From positions 1 through 42,737 of IMG/VR virus record IMGVR_UViG_3300017971_000124: 42,737 bases of DNA; one strand, 5' to 3'. This stretch comes from a virus. Position numbers and translations under genes: made by a program. Under the pieces are notes generated by a model. It made no database searches. It was not told the origin of the DNA and worked only from the letters and a program-made list of their open reading frames with translations. This document shows positions 1 through 8,538 of the stretch, one piece after another (the stretch's first letter is position 1; each line of letters starts with the position of its first letter).

Positions 1-123
1 CACCGTAAGCCGCCTGCAAGAACGAGTCCCAATTAGCGTTGAACATGTTCATGGTCGGATAGGGATCTTCGCCTGCCGCTATAGCGGCGTCGAGTACTAT
101 CTCATTGAGCTGCTTCCTCAGCC
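1..123. repeat. Exact terminal direct repeat, left copy (identical to 42615..42737). Best read as the overlap of a circular or circularly permuted assembly.
   Basis: Bases 1-123 match 42615-42737 base for base. The repeat lies inside a reading frame that is complete only after the ends are joined. Confidence 0.95.
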
Positions 124-334
124 ACTCCTCCCACGAACCCCGTGCAGGGTCGCCGAACTCTGGCGGGTCGAAACCCTCGAACTCTTCACCGTACGGGTCC
201 TCTGGATCGCCGCCGGCATCACCACCTCCGAGGTCAACGCCGCCGCCAGTGTCGCCAGTGCCGCCACCAGTGGGCTCAGGGCCAGGCCCTACCCAGCGAT
301 ATCCACCAGAGACTGGGTCCCATTCATACGACAT
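1..334 (-). CDS. 5' portion (about the first 111 codons) of a junction-spanning Gly-rich virion protein. The full protein is 329 aa after circularisation.
   Basis: The ATG at 332-334 overlaps the TAA of the giant gene (TAATG). The frame stays open to base 1 and is in phase with the ORF ending at 41959 (position 52 corresponds to 42666; 282 nt = 94 codons). The N-terminus reads MSYEWDPVSGGYRWVGPGPEPTGGGTGDTGGG. Confidence 0.6.
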   Translation of the reverse strand, partial: MSYEWDPVSGGYRWVGPGPEPTGGGTGDTGGGVDLGGGDAGGDPEDPYGEEFEGFDPPEFGDPARGSWEEWLRKQLNEIVLDAAIAAGEDPYPTMNMFNANWDSFLQAAYG

Positions 335-3300
335 TATCTATCAGCCTCCGAGGGAGTGACGGTGCTTCTGAACTCATCCTCAAAGTAGAACGGCTCGTCA
401 TCGATGTACAACCAAGCAAGCATCCGTCCATAGTGGTCCGTGTCTCCGAATAGTGGGTCTCTCACGAGGTATATTGTAGCACCGTCCTGCACAGCCTTGG
501 TGAGGGCGTCCTGCAGGCGCTTCTTGTCGTCCGCAGCACCATCGTTATCGAGGCCGTAGTCCCGAGCATTGACACCGAGCAGACGCACCGTACGGTTCTC
601 CTGGGCGCCTCGGCGCTCCTTGAACACGATGGTGTCCCCGTCCGGGATGTACCGGATATAGGGCTTCGTGACGCCGGTACGCAAGCCGCCGTCCTCTTCA
701 AACGGAGACAGCGGTTGCGGTGGCTCCCACTCCAGCGGGCCGTACGTCCGAGCGTACTTGTTGTCCCAGATGTCCTGCCAGGCGATAGGCAGATTGCTGG
801 TCGCCCAGAGGTTGCCGAACTCCTGAGCCATTTCCCGGGCCTTGGAAAGGGGAACCCCACCCACCTCGTCACGGTACTGGTCGCCGAGGCGGTCGGCCCG
901 GAGCTGCCAGTTGGCCAGGTCGTCCCGCCAACCTTCAGCAAGGTCCGGGTTCTGCTTGGCCTTGGCCAGCTCCGCCTCAGCGGCCCGGGCCCCTACTCCA
1001 CGCTCAGATATGTAGTGGTCGTAGGCCGGCCGCACAGTGGAGAACAGTGGGCTGTCGACATCGGTGATTACGTCCTGTACCTCGTTGAAGAGCTGCAGGC
1101 CGGTCATGCCAGAGGTCAGATCGATCCCGAGGCCAGCAGCGATCTGGTTAACCTCGGGGGTGAAGTAGTTGAATTTGACATTCTGGAACTGTTGGCTCAG
1201 CTCAGCATCATCGAGGCCCGGCCACGAGCGGCCCCACGGCTTCTCGTCCGCTGGAATCCTGATGAGCTCCCGGATGCGGTCGTAGTCCTCGGTGCCCTTG
1301 ATCGGGTCGACGCCCTGCTGCTTGGCGTAGTACTCCTCCATGCGCTCCTCCATGGACCACCAGTTGTTCCAGAGGTCACGGGCGTCCTCGACAGCGAACT
1401 CTTCACGGAACTTCGGGTCGGCCAGGAACGCATCGATGATCCGCCTGGAGTCTTCGCCCACGGCCTGCTCCCAGATTGCATCGTTGACCTGCTCAGCGGT
1501 GTACTCGTAGATCTTCTTGGCCACGCTCTCTTTGCTGGCCTGCATGAGTCCGATGATGCGCTTGGCCCGCTCGATCGGAACCACAGGGCGGATGTAGCCG
1601 GCGTCCACGTAGGCTTGGTGCAGGGCCCGGCCCTCAGGGGTCGAGCTCGACCGGTACACAGTCTCGGTCCCGTCGAGACCGGCCTGGACAGCAGACGGGG
1701 TCCAGTCCCAGGAGCCGACGAGGTTGACGGCCAGGCTAGGCTGCTGTGAGATGAAGAGATCCCGCTGCCAGGAGGGCAGATCGAAGAAAGCCTTCCGCAC
1801 ATCGTTGGCGTACTGCCGGCGCAGGTCCGGGTCTTCCAGGTCGACGTTGGCGAGCGACGGCCGCACCGCCAGCTCGGGGAACTTGTCAGCGGCCTCCACC
1901 CACACATCGAAGATCTCGTGTAGGTTGGTCTCGTACTGGTTCGACGCCGGGAACACCATGCGGCTGACGGTCTCCAGAGCGTGCGAGCTGGCAACGTTGT
2001 TGTCGGCCTCGTGGCTCAGCGCCAGGAGCAGGGTCTCCACATCCTCGGGGGTCTCTGCCTGCAGCAGACGCTGCAGCTCTTCCGGCTGTGCGAGCATGGC
2101 CGAGAGCTCCCTTGTGCGGTCAAGCTCTCGGGAGATGTCGCCAAGCATGTTGGTGGCGAAGAAGTAGGGCTCGTGGTTCACGAAGGTGGCTGCGTCCACA
2201 GCCAGCGAGATCGTGGAACCCACGGTACCGCCACCCAGCAGACGGGGGACGATGCCGGTGCCGGCGGTGTACTTCACCGAGGGGACGAAGTCTCCCACGA
2301 TGTCCACCAGCTCCTGGTACCGCTCCGGGTCGTCGATCGGGTCGGCCAGATTCTGCAGCAGCATGTCGATGCCCCACATGGGGACGTAGCCTATGCCGGG
2401 CAGGATCGCACCGAACGGGTTGTCCCCGCCGGTGGGCAGGAAGAACAGAGGCGAGAAGTCGGTCTCGTCGGCGCCGGGCAGCAGCCCGCCCTCGCCAAAC
2501 ACTCCCGGCAGGTCCGGGTGCAGCCCCTTGTCGATCGTGAAATCGGTATGGGCCAGCCGGCTCATCATGGCCAGCGGCTTCGGGTTGAACGGGATGAGGT
2601 GACCGAACTTGTCGTACATGGTCCGCATCCCGAGCAGATTTTTCTGGTTGATCTGGCCACGGAGCATCGGCTTGCGCATGACCTCCCGGCCCCAGAACCC
2701 TGCCATGTCAGCCCACGGCCGGCCGAAGGGAAACACCCCTTGCGCCTGCTGACCGAGCCTCGTGCTGCGGTCCCAGGTGAAGAGCATGTTGTCGATCTCT
2801 CGCTCTACGGTTCGCTCCACCAAGTCGTCGATGTAGCCCTGTGGGACATAGCCCTTGTCGAAGGCAGTCTCGTACAGCATGTCCTTGAGACCGGTACGGG
2901 TACCGCCAGAGATGCCCTTGAGCCCGAGCATACGCTCCAGCTCGGCATCACCGACAATGGTCATTTTCTGTGAATCGAACAGCCGCTGCAGGCGGGCCGT
3001 CTCAGCGGCACGCACTTGCTCGGCAACCAGCCCTCTGCGGTAGTTGACGGGGTCCATGAACCAAGCATCGAAGAACGTCTCGGTCATGGCCGACACAGGG
3101 TGCCTGGCGCCGAGCTCTTTCTTCACGCCACGGATCGGACCGAGGTTGTCAAACACAAAGCTCGGCAGCTCCTTGGGGATACCGCCGGCGCCGTCAATAG
3201 CGGCAGCGGTCTCCCGGAACGCTGCGAGGACATCATCGAACACGCCATTCTTGTTGGCGGTGGAGAGAATGACCTCCTCGAACAGCTTGCTCCATCCGTC

Positions 3301-6300
3301 GAATGCTTCGTCTGCTCCAGACAGGAGCCGGGTGTGCATGTTGCCCTTGGCGTCCTTGGACAAGGCCACGCTGGTGCGCAGCTTCTCCCCGTCAGTGCCG
3401 GCGAACCACTCACGGAACGCCGTACGTCCACGGAGGAAGGCACGGAACCCGGAGTCCTGCAGCAGGCCACCGGTCCAGCGTTGGGCGGCTTCTAGGTACT
3501 GCGCCTCGTTCGGCTGAATGTCGTGCCAGCCCAAGCCGTTGCCGTCGTGGAGCTGCCGCTCGGCAGCCTTGAGGTAGGTGGGATAGTCAGACAGGGCCTG
3601 CAAGCGCTTCTGACTCACAGGGTCGAGGTGTGCTGACCCGGAGCGGACCGCACGCCGGCTGGCGGGGTTGCCGAAGTTCTTGGCCATGTGGGCAGCACGG
3701 GCACGCAGGAACAGGGCCCGGTCCCGCTGCCAGCGGAGGAACCCGTCTCGCACTCCGAAGACGTGCATGTCACGCATGAGCTCGTCCCAGCTCACCGTCA
3801 CGGCGGTGGCCGGCCGGAACACCTTGTCGATCTTCCAAGCGTTGTTGAGTCCATGAGCTGCGTCCCGCAGAGTCTTCACAGCGATGTTGTGGCTGAGCCG
3901 GGTGTATGCGGCTCCGCCCTTCTCAGTGGCGAGCAACAGCTCCAGCGGTGACGCTGGCACGTTCACGGCCACAGCGGAGTCTAGGGTGCTGGACAGGCGT
4001 TTCACCAGGGTCTCAGCCTCGATGCCGAGCTCCTCGGCGACGGCCTTCATGTCCTCCGACAGGAACTTGCGGGGACCCTCGGACACCAAGGCATCGTCAG
4101 CCTTGCTGAACAGGGAGCCCTTCTTAAGCTCTTCCCACGGCACAAGCCCTGTTTCTGGATCTATCTTGCCGGCCCACGCCGGGTTGGTGGCGATGTTGGT
4201 GCGGTTGTAGTCGTCCCACATTTCTTCGACCAGCTTGGCAAGCTCGGTGGTGTTGGCCTGCTCCTGTAGCAGCTTGTCGATGGTGCCGTACTCCGTGTCG
4301 AACACCTTGGCGAGCTCATCGTACTGAGCCTGCAGCTCACGAACCGCACGGCGGGCCTCGACCCCCCTGGGGCCCTTCTTGTTGGCGGGGTACGGGGAAC
4401 CGCCGAGCCGGTCAAGCAGCTCGTCTAGCTCGTGCCGCACCGGCTCCAGCAGCTTCAGCCTCTCGGCTGCCTCTCGGTGAGCGTGGGCAGCTTTACGTTG
4501 AAACTCCATGATCCGGGTCTGCCACATGTCGGCCTTGACTACGTCGTCTCCCCAGATACGGAAGGTGGTCTCGATGAGGCGGTCAGCGGCACGGGTACCC
4601 GTGAGCTCTAGCCGGCGCACTGTGTTCTGGGGGGACATGTACCGGGAGACCCAGCGTGTCCCCTTGTTGGTGCGTGCGGCTTGACGGATGGCCTGGTTCC
4701 AGTGTACGGCCACGGCCGACCGGTTGGCACCGTCCGGTATGTTGCCACGCAAGATAGCTCTCTTGGTGGCTGCTCCCAGAGCCTCCATGTCGATCGCACC
4801 CAGCAGCACGTCCTTGGGGAAGAACTGATCCGGGCGGGTGATTACGTCTCCAGCGCCGGCACCCTTGAGCGCCTTGCGGGACTGCCGGCCCTTCATGAAG
4901 ACATCGAGGGACTGGCCCACAGGTTGGGGGGCCATCGGGAACTCAACCGTGACGCCCAGTTTTTCGGCCTGCTTCTTGATGAAGGAGAACCCAGCATCGG
5001 AGATCCCCGTGCTTGCAGCCAACCGGTCGAGGGGGTTCATCTTGAGGCGGTGCGCCTCCTCGATGACGTACTCTGCCACAGTACGGCCGTCAGCGAGGGT
5101 GACTGGGCCGTCTTTTGCCCCGCCTGTGTACTTGGTCTTGAAGCCTATCTCGTCGCCCTGGAAACCGCCGATGGCTCGCCTCACTCCACCCTTATCCACA
5201 TGCACGAAGACGGCGCCCTTCTGGCCAGGCACGATGTGGGCAGTAAGGATACTCCCGTCCGACATCTCCTGAGAGGCCAGTATGCGGGCAGCTCGCTCCT
5301 CCTCCTTCACACGGTTGAACAGTCGATTCTGAGAGGTGTCGGCCGCACTGACGAGCCGGTCTACTACCCCCTCGGTGACGGAGGTACCTGTCAGGTTGGC
5401 CGGCCGGCCGGCGAAGTCGTCCACGATGTTGAGGCGCACAGGGACATGGTTGATGCCGGCCTGCTCCGCAGCGAGGATACGCTTGACACCGTCGTCCACG
5501 AAGACAACGCCGTCGCCCCGGGTGATGGTGATGCTTGCGTACTCGTCGAACCCGTTGGCCAGGATGTCGTCAACCAGCGGAGAGACCTCCAGGGACATGA
5601 CACCCTGCCGTTGGGCGTCGTCCACCAGGGAGGACAGGAACTTGGTTTCGACCTCCATAGCATTCTCTGCGCCAGACGTAGCTCTCCACCTGCCTCTCGG
5701 GATCTGCCGGCTCTGCCACCCAGTGATCTCCAGGAGCTCGGTGACGAAGCGGCTGTCGGCCCACGAACTGACGTGCAACAGCTCGGCCATTCCTGCGGAG
5801 GCGGAGCGGGCTATGCGGGCAGTGTCCCGGGCGAACTGCATGGTGATCGGGTGACGTGCAATCGCCTCGGCGCTAGCGAACGACGTGGCCTTGTTGGTGG
5901 CCACGGAGCCACGGGGGCCGAAGATCCAAGTCATCGGGTCGAAGGCAATGCCGGAACCGAGGTCCAGGAGCAGCCCGGACAGGGAGCCATCGATGCCAAG
6001 AGCGGCGGAGGGGGTGTGGTCGTAGTACTCGGAGGTGCTCTCCAGCTCGGAGAACAGCTCGCCCCAGCGTCCGTGGATAGCATCGTCGAAGTAGTCGCCG
6101 TCTGTCAGGAACAGCGAGAAGTAGGTGGATAGCCGGCCCGGCACGTTGCGGCCGTATGCGGCCATGATGTCGAGCAGCTTACCCGAGGCACGGAAGTCTG
6201 TACCCTCGAAAGCCTCGATGGCTTGCCTCTCCTCGGCTCGTAGCTCTTCGACCACGTCAGCCATCTGCTGCATGGCGGTGTCGTCCTCCATGACATCGGC

Positions 6301-7527
6301 ACGGAAGAAGTTGAACGCCATGTCGGGATTGAATCCGGCCATGAGTAGGTACCGGTCGTGCTCGGCCTTGTTCGTCTGAGGCATCTCATCCCAGATTTCC
6401 CGGGCGGACCGGTAGGCGGTCTGGCGAATGAGTTGTTCATCTGGCGCATTATTCAGGACCGCCATGTTCTCCCGAATGCGCTCCTGCTCAACCTCGTGCT
6501 CGGCACGCAGCGCATCGTAGGTACCGTGACCCGGGCTCAGGGCCTCGATGCCCCACAGTGCGCCCTCGATTCCCTGATCGGCCTTGTCCATCATCCACGG
6601 GAATACACCCACCACGCCGTCAATGCCACGGTGGATGAAGCCCTTGTCTTGCAGCACCTCGTACGGGTCCACGCCCTGTGCGAGCTGGGCCTCCATCTCA
6701 GCCCGCTCCTCAGCGAGCTTGTCCTCGATGGTCTCGCCCTCACGCAGCAAGCCGTCTCCGTAGTTGCGGATAGCGGCCTCCCAGGCACGGCGCCGAACAT
6801 CCATGCGGGCATCGATGCGGTCCTCGTACTTGGACAGCGGATTCCAGTACAGCTCGGCTACCTCTCGGCGGTTCTGCTCTTCGGTCTTCAGGTCACGGAA
6901 GTCTGGAGCTCCGCCAAACTGTGGACGATTGCCTGGCAGCAACAGGCTACGAGCGGCGCTTACGGCCCAGTCCCACGGGCCACGTTGCTGTCGACGCTCC
7001 CACGCATCCTTCGCCAGATTGTCGATGTTCTGCTGGTGCATGTAGTCCTCAGCGGCGGAGAGTTGTACCTCATTGACCCAGGCAGCCAGATCCTGCATGC
7101 CCTCCTGGTCCCCCATGAAGTACTTGATGTCGGCCGGGTTCCACTGCACCCACCACTCCATGGGGATCTCCCCACGATGCTTCTGGTAGGCGTCCTCGTA
7201 CGTTGCGGCGAACTGGTTCCGGCGAGTGGCCAAGACCTCACGGCCAACCTCGGTCACCTGCTCAGACCACGCATCGCCGGCACCGAACAAGCCACCAAGG
7301 CCCTCGGCCAGACGGGACGCTGCGTCCACGACGGTCTGGTCACTGCGGGCCCACGGGTCGCCCAGGTAGGCTTCCGTCACCTGTGACGGCTGCTTAGCCA
7401 GGGCACTTAGTTTCTGTGCGTCCATGGCCTGCTGCCAAGCCTGACGCTCCTCACGGTCTTGATGCTGCCCCTCGATCATCGAGCTGACGAACTCTCTGAC
7501 GTCTTCTGGGGTCCAGTCAGTAGCCAC
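334..7527 (-). CDS. Giant multidomain (polyvalent-type) virion or ejection protein, 2397 aa
   Basis: An uninterrupted 7.2 kb ORF lies downstream of the portal and three small genes. It contains a ParB/Srx-like segment and a C-terminal staphylococcal-nuclease-like segment. Its stop overlaps the next ATG. Confidence 0.85.
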   Translation of the reverse strand: MATDWTPEDVREFVSSMIEGQHQDREERQAWQQAMDAQKLSALAKQPSQVTEAYLGDPWARSDQTVVDAASRLAEGLGGLFGAGDAWSEQVTEVGREVLATRRNQFAATYEDAYQKHRGEIPMEWWVQWNPADIKYFMGDQEGMQDLAAWVNEVQLSAAEDYMHQQNIDNLAKDAWERRQQRGPWDWAVSAARSLLLPGNRPQFGGAPDFRDLKTEEQNRREVAELYWNPLSKYEDRIDARMDVRRRAWEAAIRNYGDGLLREGETIEDKLAEERAEMEAQLAQGVDPYEVLQDKGFIHRGIDGVVGVFPWMMDKADQGIEGALWGIEALSPGHGTYDALRAEHEVEQERIRENMAVLNNAPDEQLIRQTAYRSAREIWDEMPQTNKAEHDRYLLMAGFNPDMAFNFFRADVMEDDTAMQQMADVVEELRAEERQAIEAFEGTDFRASGKLLDIMAAYGRNVPGRLSTYFSLFLTDGDYFDDAIHGRWGELFSELESTSEYYDHTPSAALGIDGSLSGLLLDLGSGIAFDPMTWIFGPRGSVATNKATSFASAEAIARHPITMQFARDTARIARSASAGMAELLHVSSWADSRFVTELLEITGWQSRQIPRGRWRATSGAENAMEVETKFLSSLVDDAQRQGVMSLEVSPLVDDILANGFDEYASITITRGDGVVFVDDGVKRILAAEQAGINHVPVRLNIVDDFAGRPANLTGTSVTEGVVDRLVSAADTSQNRLFNRVKEEERAARILASQEMSDGSILTAHIVPGQKGAVFVHVDKGGVRRAIGGFQGDEIGFKTKYTGGAKDGPVTLADGRTVAEYVIEEAHRLKMNPLDRLAASTGISDAGFSFIKKQAEKLGVTVEFPMAPQPVGQSLDVFMKGRQSRKALKGAGAGDVITRPDQFFPKDVLLGAIDMEALGAATKRAILRGNIPDGANRSAVAVHWNQAIRQAARTNKGTRWVSRYMSPQNTVRRLELTGTRAADRLIETTFRIWGDDVVKADMWQTRIMEFQRKAAHAHREAAERLKLLEPVRHELDELLDRLGGSPYPANKKGPRGVEARRAVRELQAQYDELAKVFDTEYGTIDKLLQEQANTTELAKLVEEMWDDYNRTNIATNPAWAGKIDPETGLVPWEELKKGSLFSKADDALVSEGPRKFLSEDMKAVAEELGIEAETLVKRLSSTLDSAVAVNVPASPLELLLATEKGGAAYTRLSHNIAVKTLRDAAHGLNNAWKIDKVFRPATAVTVSWDELMRDMHVFGVRDGFLRWQRDRALFLRARAAHMAKNFGNPASRRAVRSGSAHLDPVSQKRLQALSDYPTYLKAAERQLHDGNGLGWHDIQPNEAQYLEAAQRWTGGLLQDSGFRAFLRGRTAFREWFAGTDGEKLRTSVALSKDAKGNMHTRLLSGADEAFDGWSKLFEEVILSTANKNGVFDDVLAAFRETAAAIDGAGGIPKELPSFVFDNLGPIRGVKKELGARHPVSAMTETFFDAWFMDPVNYRRGLVAEQVRAAETARLQRLFDSQKMTIVGDAELERMLGLKGISGGTRTGLKDMLYETAFDKGYVPQGYIDDLVERTVEREIDNMLFTWDRSTRLGQQAQGVFPFGRPWADMAGFWGREVMRKPMLRGQINQKNLLGMRTMYDKFGHLIPFNPKPLAMMSRLAHTDFTIDKGLHPDLPGVFGEGGLLPGADETDFSPLFFLPTGGDNPFGAILPGIGYVPMWGIDMLLQNLADPIDDPERYQELVDIVGDFVPSVKYTAGTGIVPRLLGGGTVGSTISLAVDAATFVNHEPYFFATNMLGDISRELDRTRELSAMLAQPEELQRLLQAETPEDVETLLLALSHEADNNVASSHALETVSRMVFPASNQYETNLHEIFDVWVEAADKFPELAVRPSLANVDLEDPDLRRQYANDVRKAFFDLPSWQRDLFISQQPSLAVNLVGSWDWTPSAVQAGLDGTETVYRSSSTPEGRALHQAYVDAGYIRPVVPIERAKRIIGLMQASKESVAKKIYEYTAEQVNDAIWEQAVGEDSRRIIDAFLADPKFREEFAVEDARDLWNNWWSMEERMEEYYAKQQGVDPIKGTEDYDRIRELIRIPADEKPWGRSWPGLDDAELSQQFQNVKFNYFTPEVNQIAAGLGIDLTSGMTGLQLFNEVQDVITDVDSPLFSTVRPAYDHYISERGVGARAAEAELAKAKQNPDLAEGWRDDLANWQLRADRLGDQYRDEVGGVPLSKAREMAQEFGNLWATSNLPIAWQDIWDNKYARTYGPLEWEPPQPLSPFEEDGGLRTGVTKPYIRYIPDGDTIVFKERRGAQENRTVRLLGVNARDYGLDNDGAADDKKRLQDALTKAVQDGATIYLVRDPLFGDTDHYGRMLAWLYIDDEPFYFEDEFRSTVTPSEADR
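400..669 (-). other. Staphylococcal nuclease (SNase)-like module at the C-terminus of the giant protein
   Basis: The sequence YIPDGDTIVF...RTVRLLGVNARDYG...HYGRMLAWLYID resembles the SNase pattern DGDT / RLxGIDAPE / YGRxLAYV. Confidence 0.6.
5422..5610 (-). other. ParB N-terminal/sulfiredoxin-like module inside the giant protein (aa ~640-702)
   Basis: ITITRGDGVVFVDDGVKRILAAEQAGINHVPVRL fits the ParBc pattern I.V.R.DG....LI.G.RR..AA..AG...VP, with GVKR in place of GERR. Confidence 0.55.
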
Positions 7528-7908
7528 TTAGATTGCCTCCCGGGACATGCGGCGAAGAGCTCGCCTGGCTGCTGCCCTGGCAACTGGTGACGCTGCCTCG
7601 GTCGCCAGAGAGCGTAGCCGTTGTGCCCGGGAAGACATCATCGGGTGTTCGGTCGCTGGGCCGGCGCCGGGGCCTATCGACAGGCCGTCAGTGACCGGCA
7701 GGTTGTCGCCACTGATCTCACCACCGAGCAGAGCTCCGAGGGGGTTGTCAGGAAGCGGGGCCACAGGGGTAGCGGGGCTTGGGCCTCCGGGACCGGCAGG
7801 GGGCGCCCCCATAGCAGAAGACAGACCCTGCTCTAGGTTCTGGCGCTCGCCGTACTCTGTAGAGCCGGGCTGTATTGCGGCTTGTGTGAGGTCACTTCCT
7901 GCTGCCAT
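7528..7908 (-). CDS. Pro/Gly/Ala-rich, probably disordered, small virion-module protein, 126 aa
   Basis: The ORF abuts the start of the giant gene (its stop lies directly adjacent to that ATG). It is low-complexity with a basic C-terminus. Confidence 0.55.
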   Translation of the reverse strand: MAAGSDLTQAAIQPGSTEYGERQNLEQGLSSAMGAPPAGPGGPSPATPVAPLPDNPLGALLGGEISGDNLPVTDGLSIGPGAGPATEHPMMSSRAQRLRSLATEAASPVARAAARRALRRMSREAI

Positions 7909-8038
7909 GTTGCTTTCTCCAATTCCTATACCTGATTAGCCAGTTACGGATCTTCTTGCCGGCGTCAGACTGGCTCCAAAGGATTGCCCCAAGGATAGCA
8001 GTCTGCACGAAGTCTACGATACACTCGATCTCGTTCAT
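7892..8038 (-). CDS. Small hypothetical protein, 48 aa, with one hydrophobic helix followed by a basic tail
   Basis: The ATG overlaps the TGA of the upstream gene (ATGA). The peptide is MNEIECIVDFVQTAILGAILWSQSD.... It falls below the ORF-track cutoff as a separate gene. Confidence 0.35.
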   Translation of the reverse strand: MNEIECIVDFVQTAILGAILWSQSDAGKKIRNWLIRYRNWRKQHGSRK

Positions 8039-8538
8039 GTGGTCTTCCCCTGTACCATGAATTGGTGATGTATCAGCCCGGAAAGATTGTCTTCCCCTAT
8101 CTCCACCGCCAGGTACCAGTCCGGGTCCAGCTTGAGAGGGGACCCTGACTTGGCAAAGGTCCACCGCACCACTACCAGATCCACAGCGGGGGAGGTGCCC
8201 CAGGAGAGCAGGTTGACGTCGTAACAGTGGTGCGCCCATCCTGAGTTGTCCAAGATCGGCTCGCCGTCTGTCAGGTCTACTACCTCGTTGTCGTTGTGGT
8301 CGTACAGCTTGAGCTCGATGCCGTTGGTCAAAGCGGAGCCGAGGTTGCCGTACTCGTTGGGCTGCATGCCAGAGGTGTCCTCGATGGACACGATGATGCG
8401 GTGTAACTCGCACCGCTGATCGGCGACGAAGAGAGCGACCTCGGGGCCCAGGCCCTCGGGGTCACGGTAGTCGCCGTTGAAGTTCTTGGTACCTGTGCCG
8501 TCTCCAACGGTATCGAGGTACCGATAGATGTGGCCCAT
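8035..8538 (-). CDS. Hypothetical head-module protein, 167 aa
   Basis: The ORF is translationally coupled to the portal stop (TGATG). It has GC3-biased codons and no recognised motif. Confidence 0.7.
   Translation of the reverse strand: MGHIYRYLDTVGDGTGTKNFNGDYRDPEGLGPEVALFVADQRCELHRIIVSIEDTSGMQPNEYGNLGSALTNGIELKLYDHNDNEVVDLTDGEPILDNSGWAHHCYDVNLLSWGTSPAVDLVVVRWTFAKSGSPLKLDPDWYLAVEIGEDNLSGLIHHQFMVQGKTT

Noticed and set aside
1-123. The terminal repeat as a genuine T7-like direct terminal repeat
   Set aside because: It lies inside a coding frame that is complete only after circularisation. This is typical of an assembly overlap. Read-level data would still be needed to be certain.
105-359. 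An 84-aa Pro/Ser-rich plus-strand ORF and the overlapping ORF 142..453
   Set aside because: They are the antisense reading of the Gly-rich N-terminus of the junction-spanning minus-strand gene. They are low-complexity and lack an RBS.
715-7386. Long plus-strand ORFs inside the giant gene (715..1749, 1981..2973, 4681..6132, 6358..7386 and others)
   Set aside because: They are antisense open frames, as expected in GC-rich coding DNA. Their composition is Arg/Gly/Val/His-rich with no motifs, and the minus-strand frame is uninterrupted for 7.2 kb with recognisable domains.
334-7527. The giant protein as an N4-like or crAss-like virion RNA polymerase
   Set aside because: I could not find T7-type motifs A/B/C or a DxDGD double-psi-barrel metal site. 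The only DGD strings are in the SNase-like module and in LTDGDYFDD, which lacks the upstream Asp. This remains to be tested by profile search.
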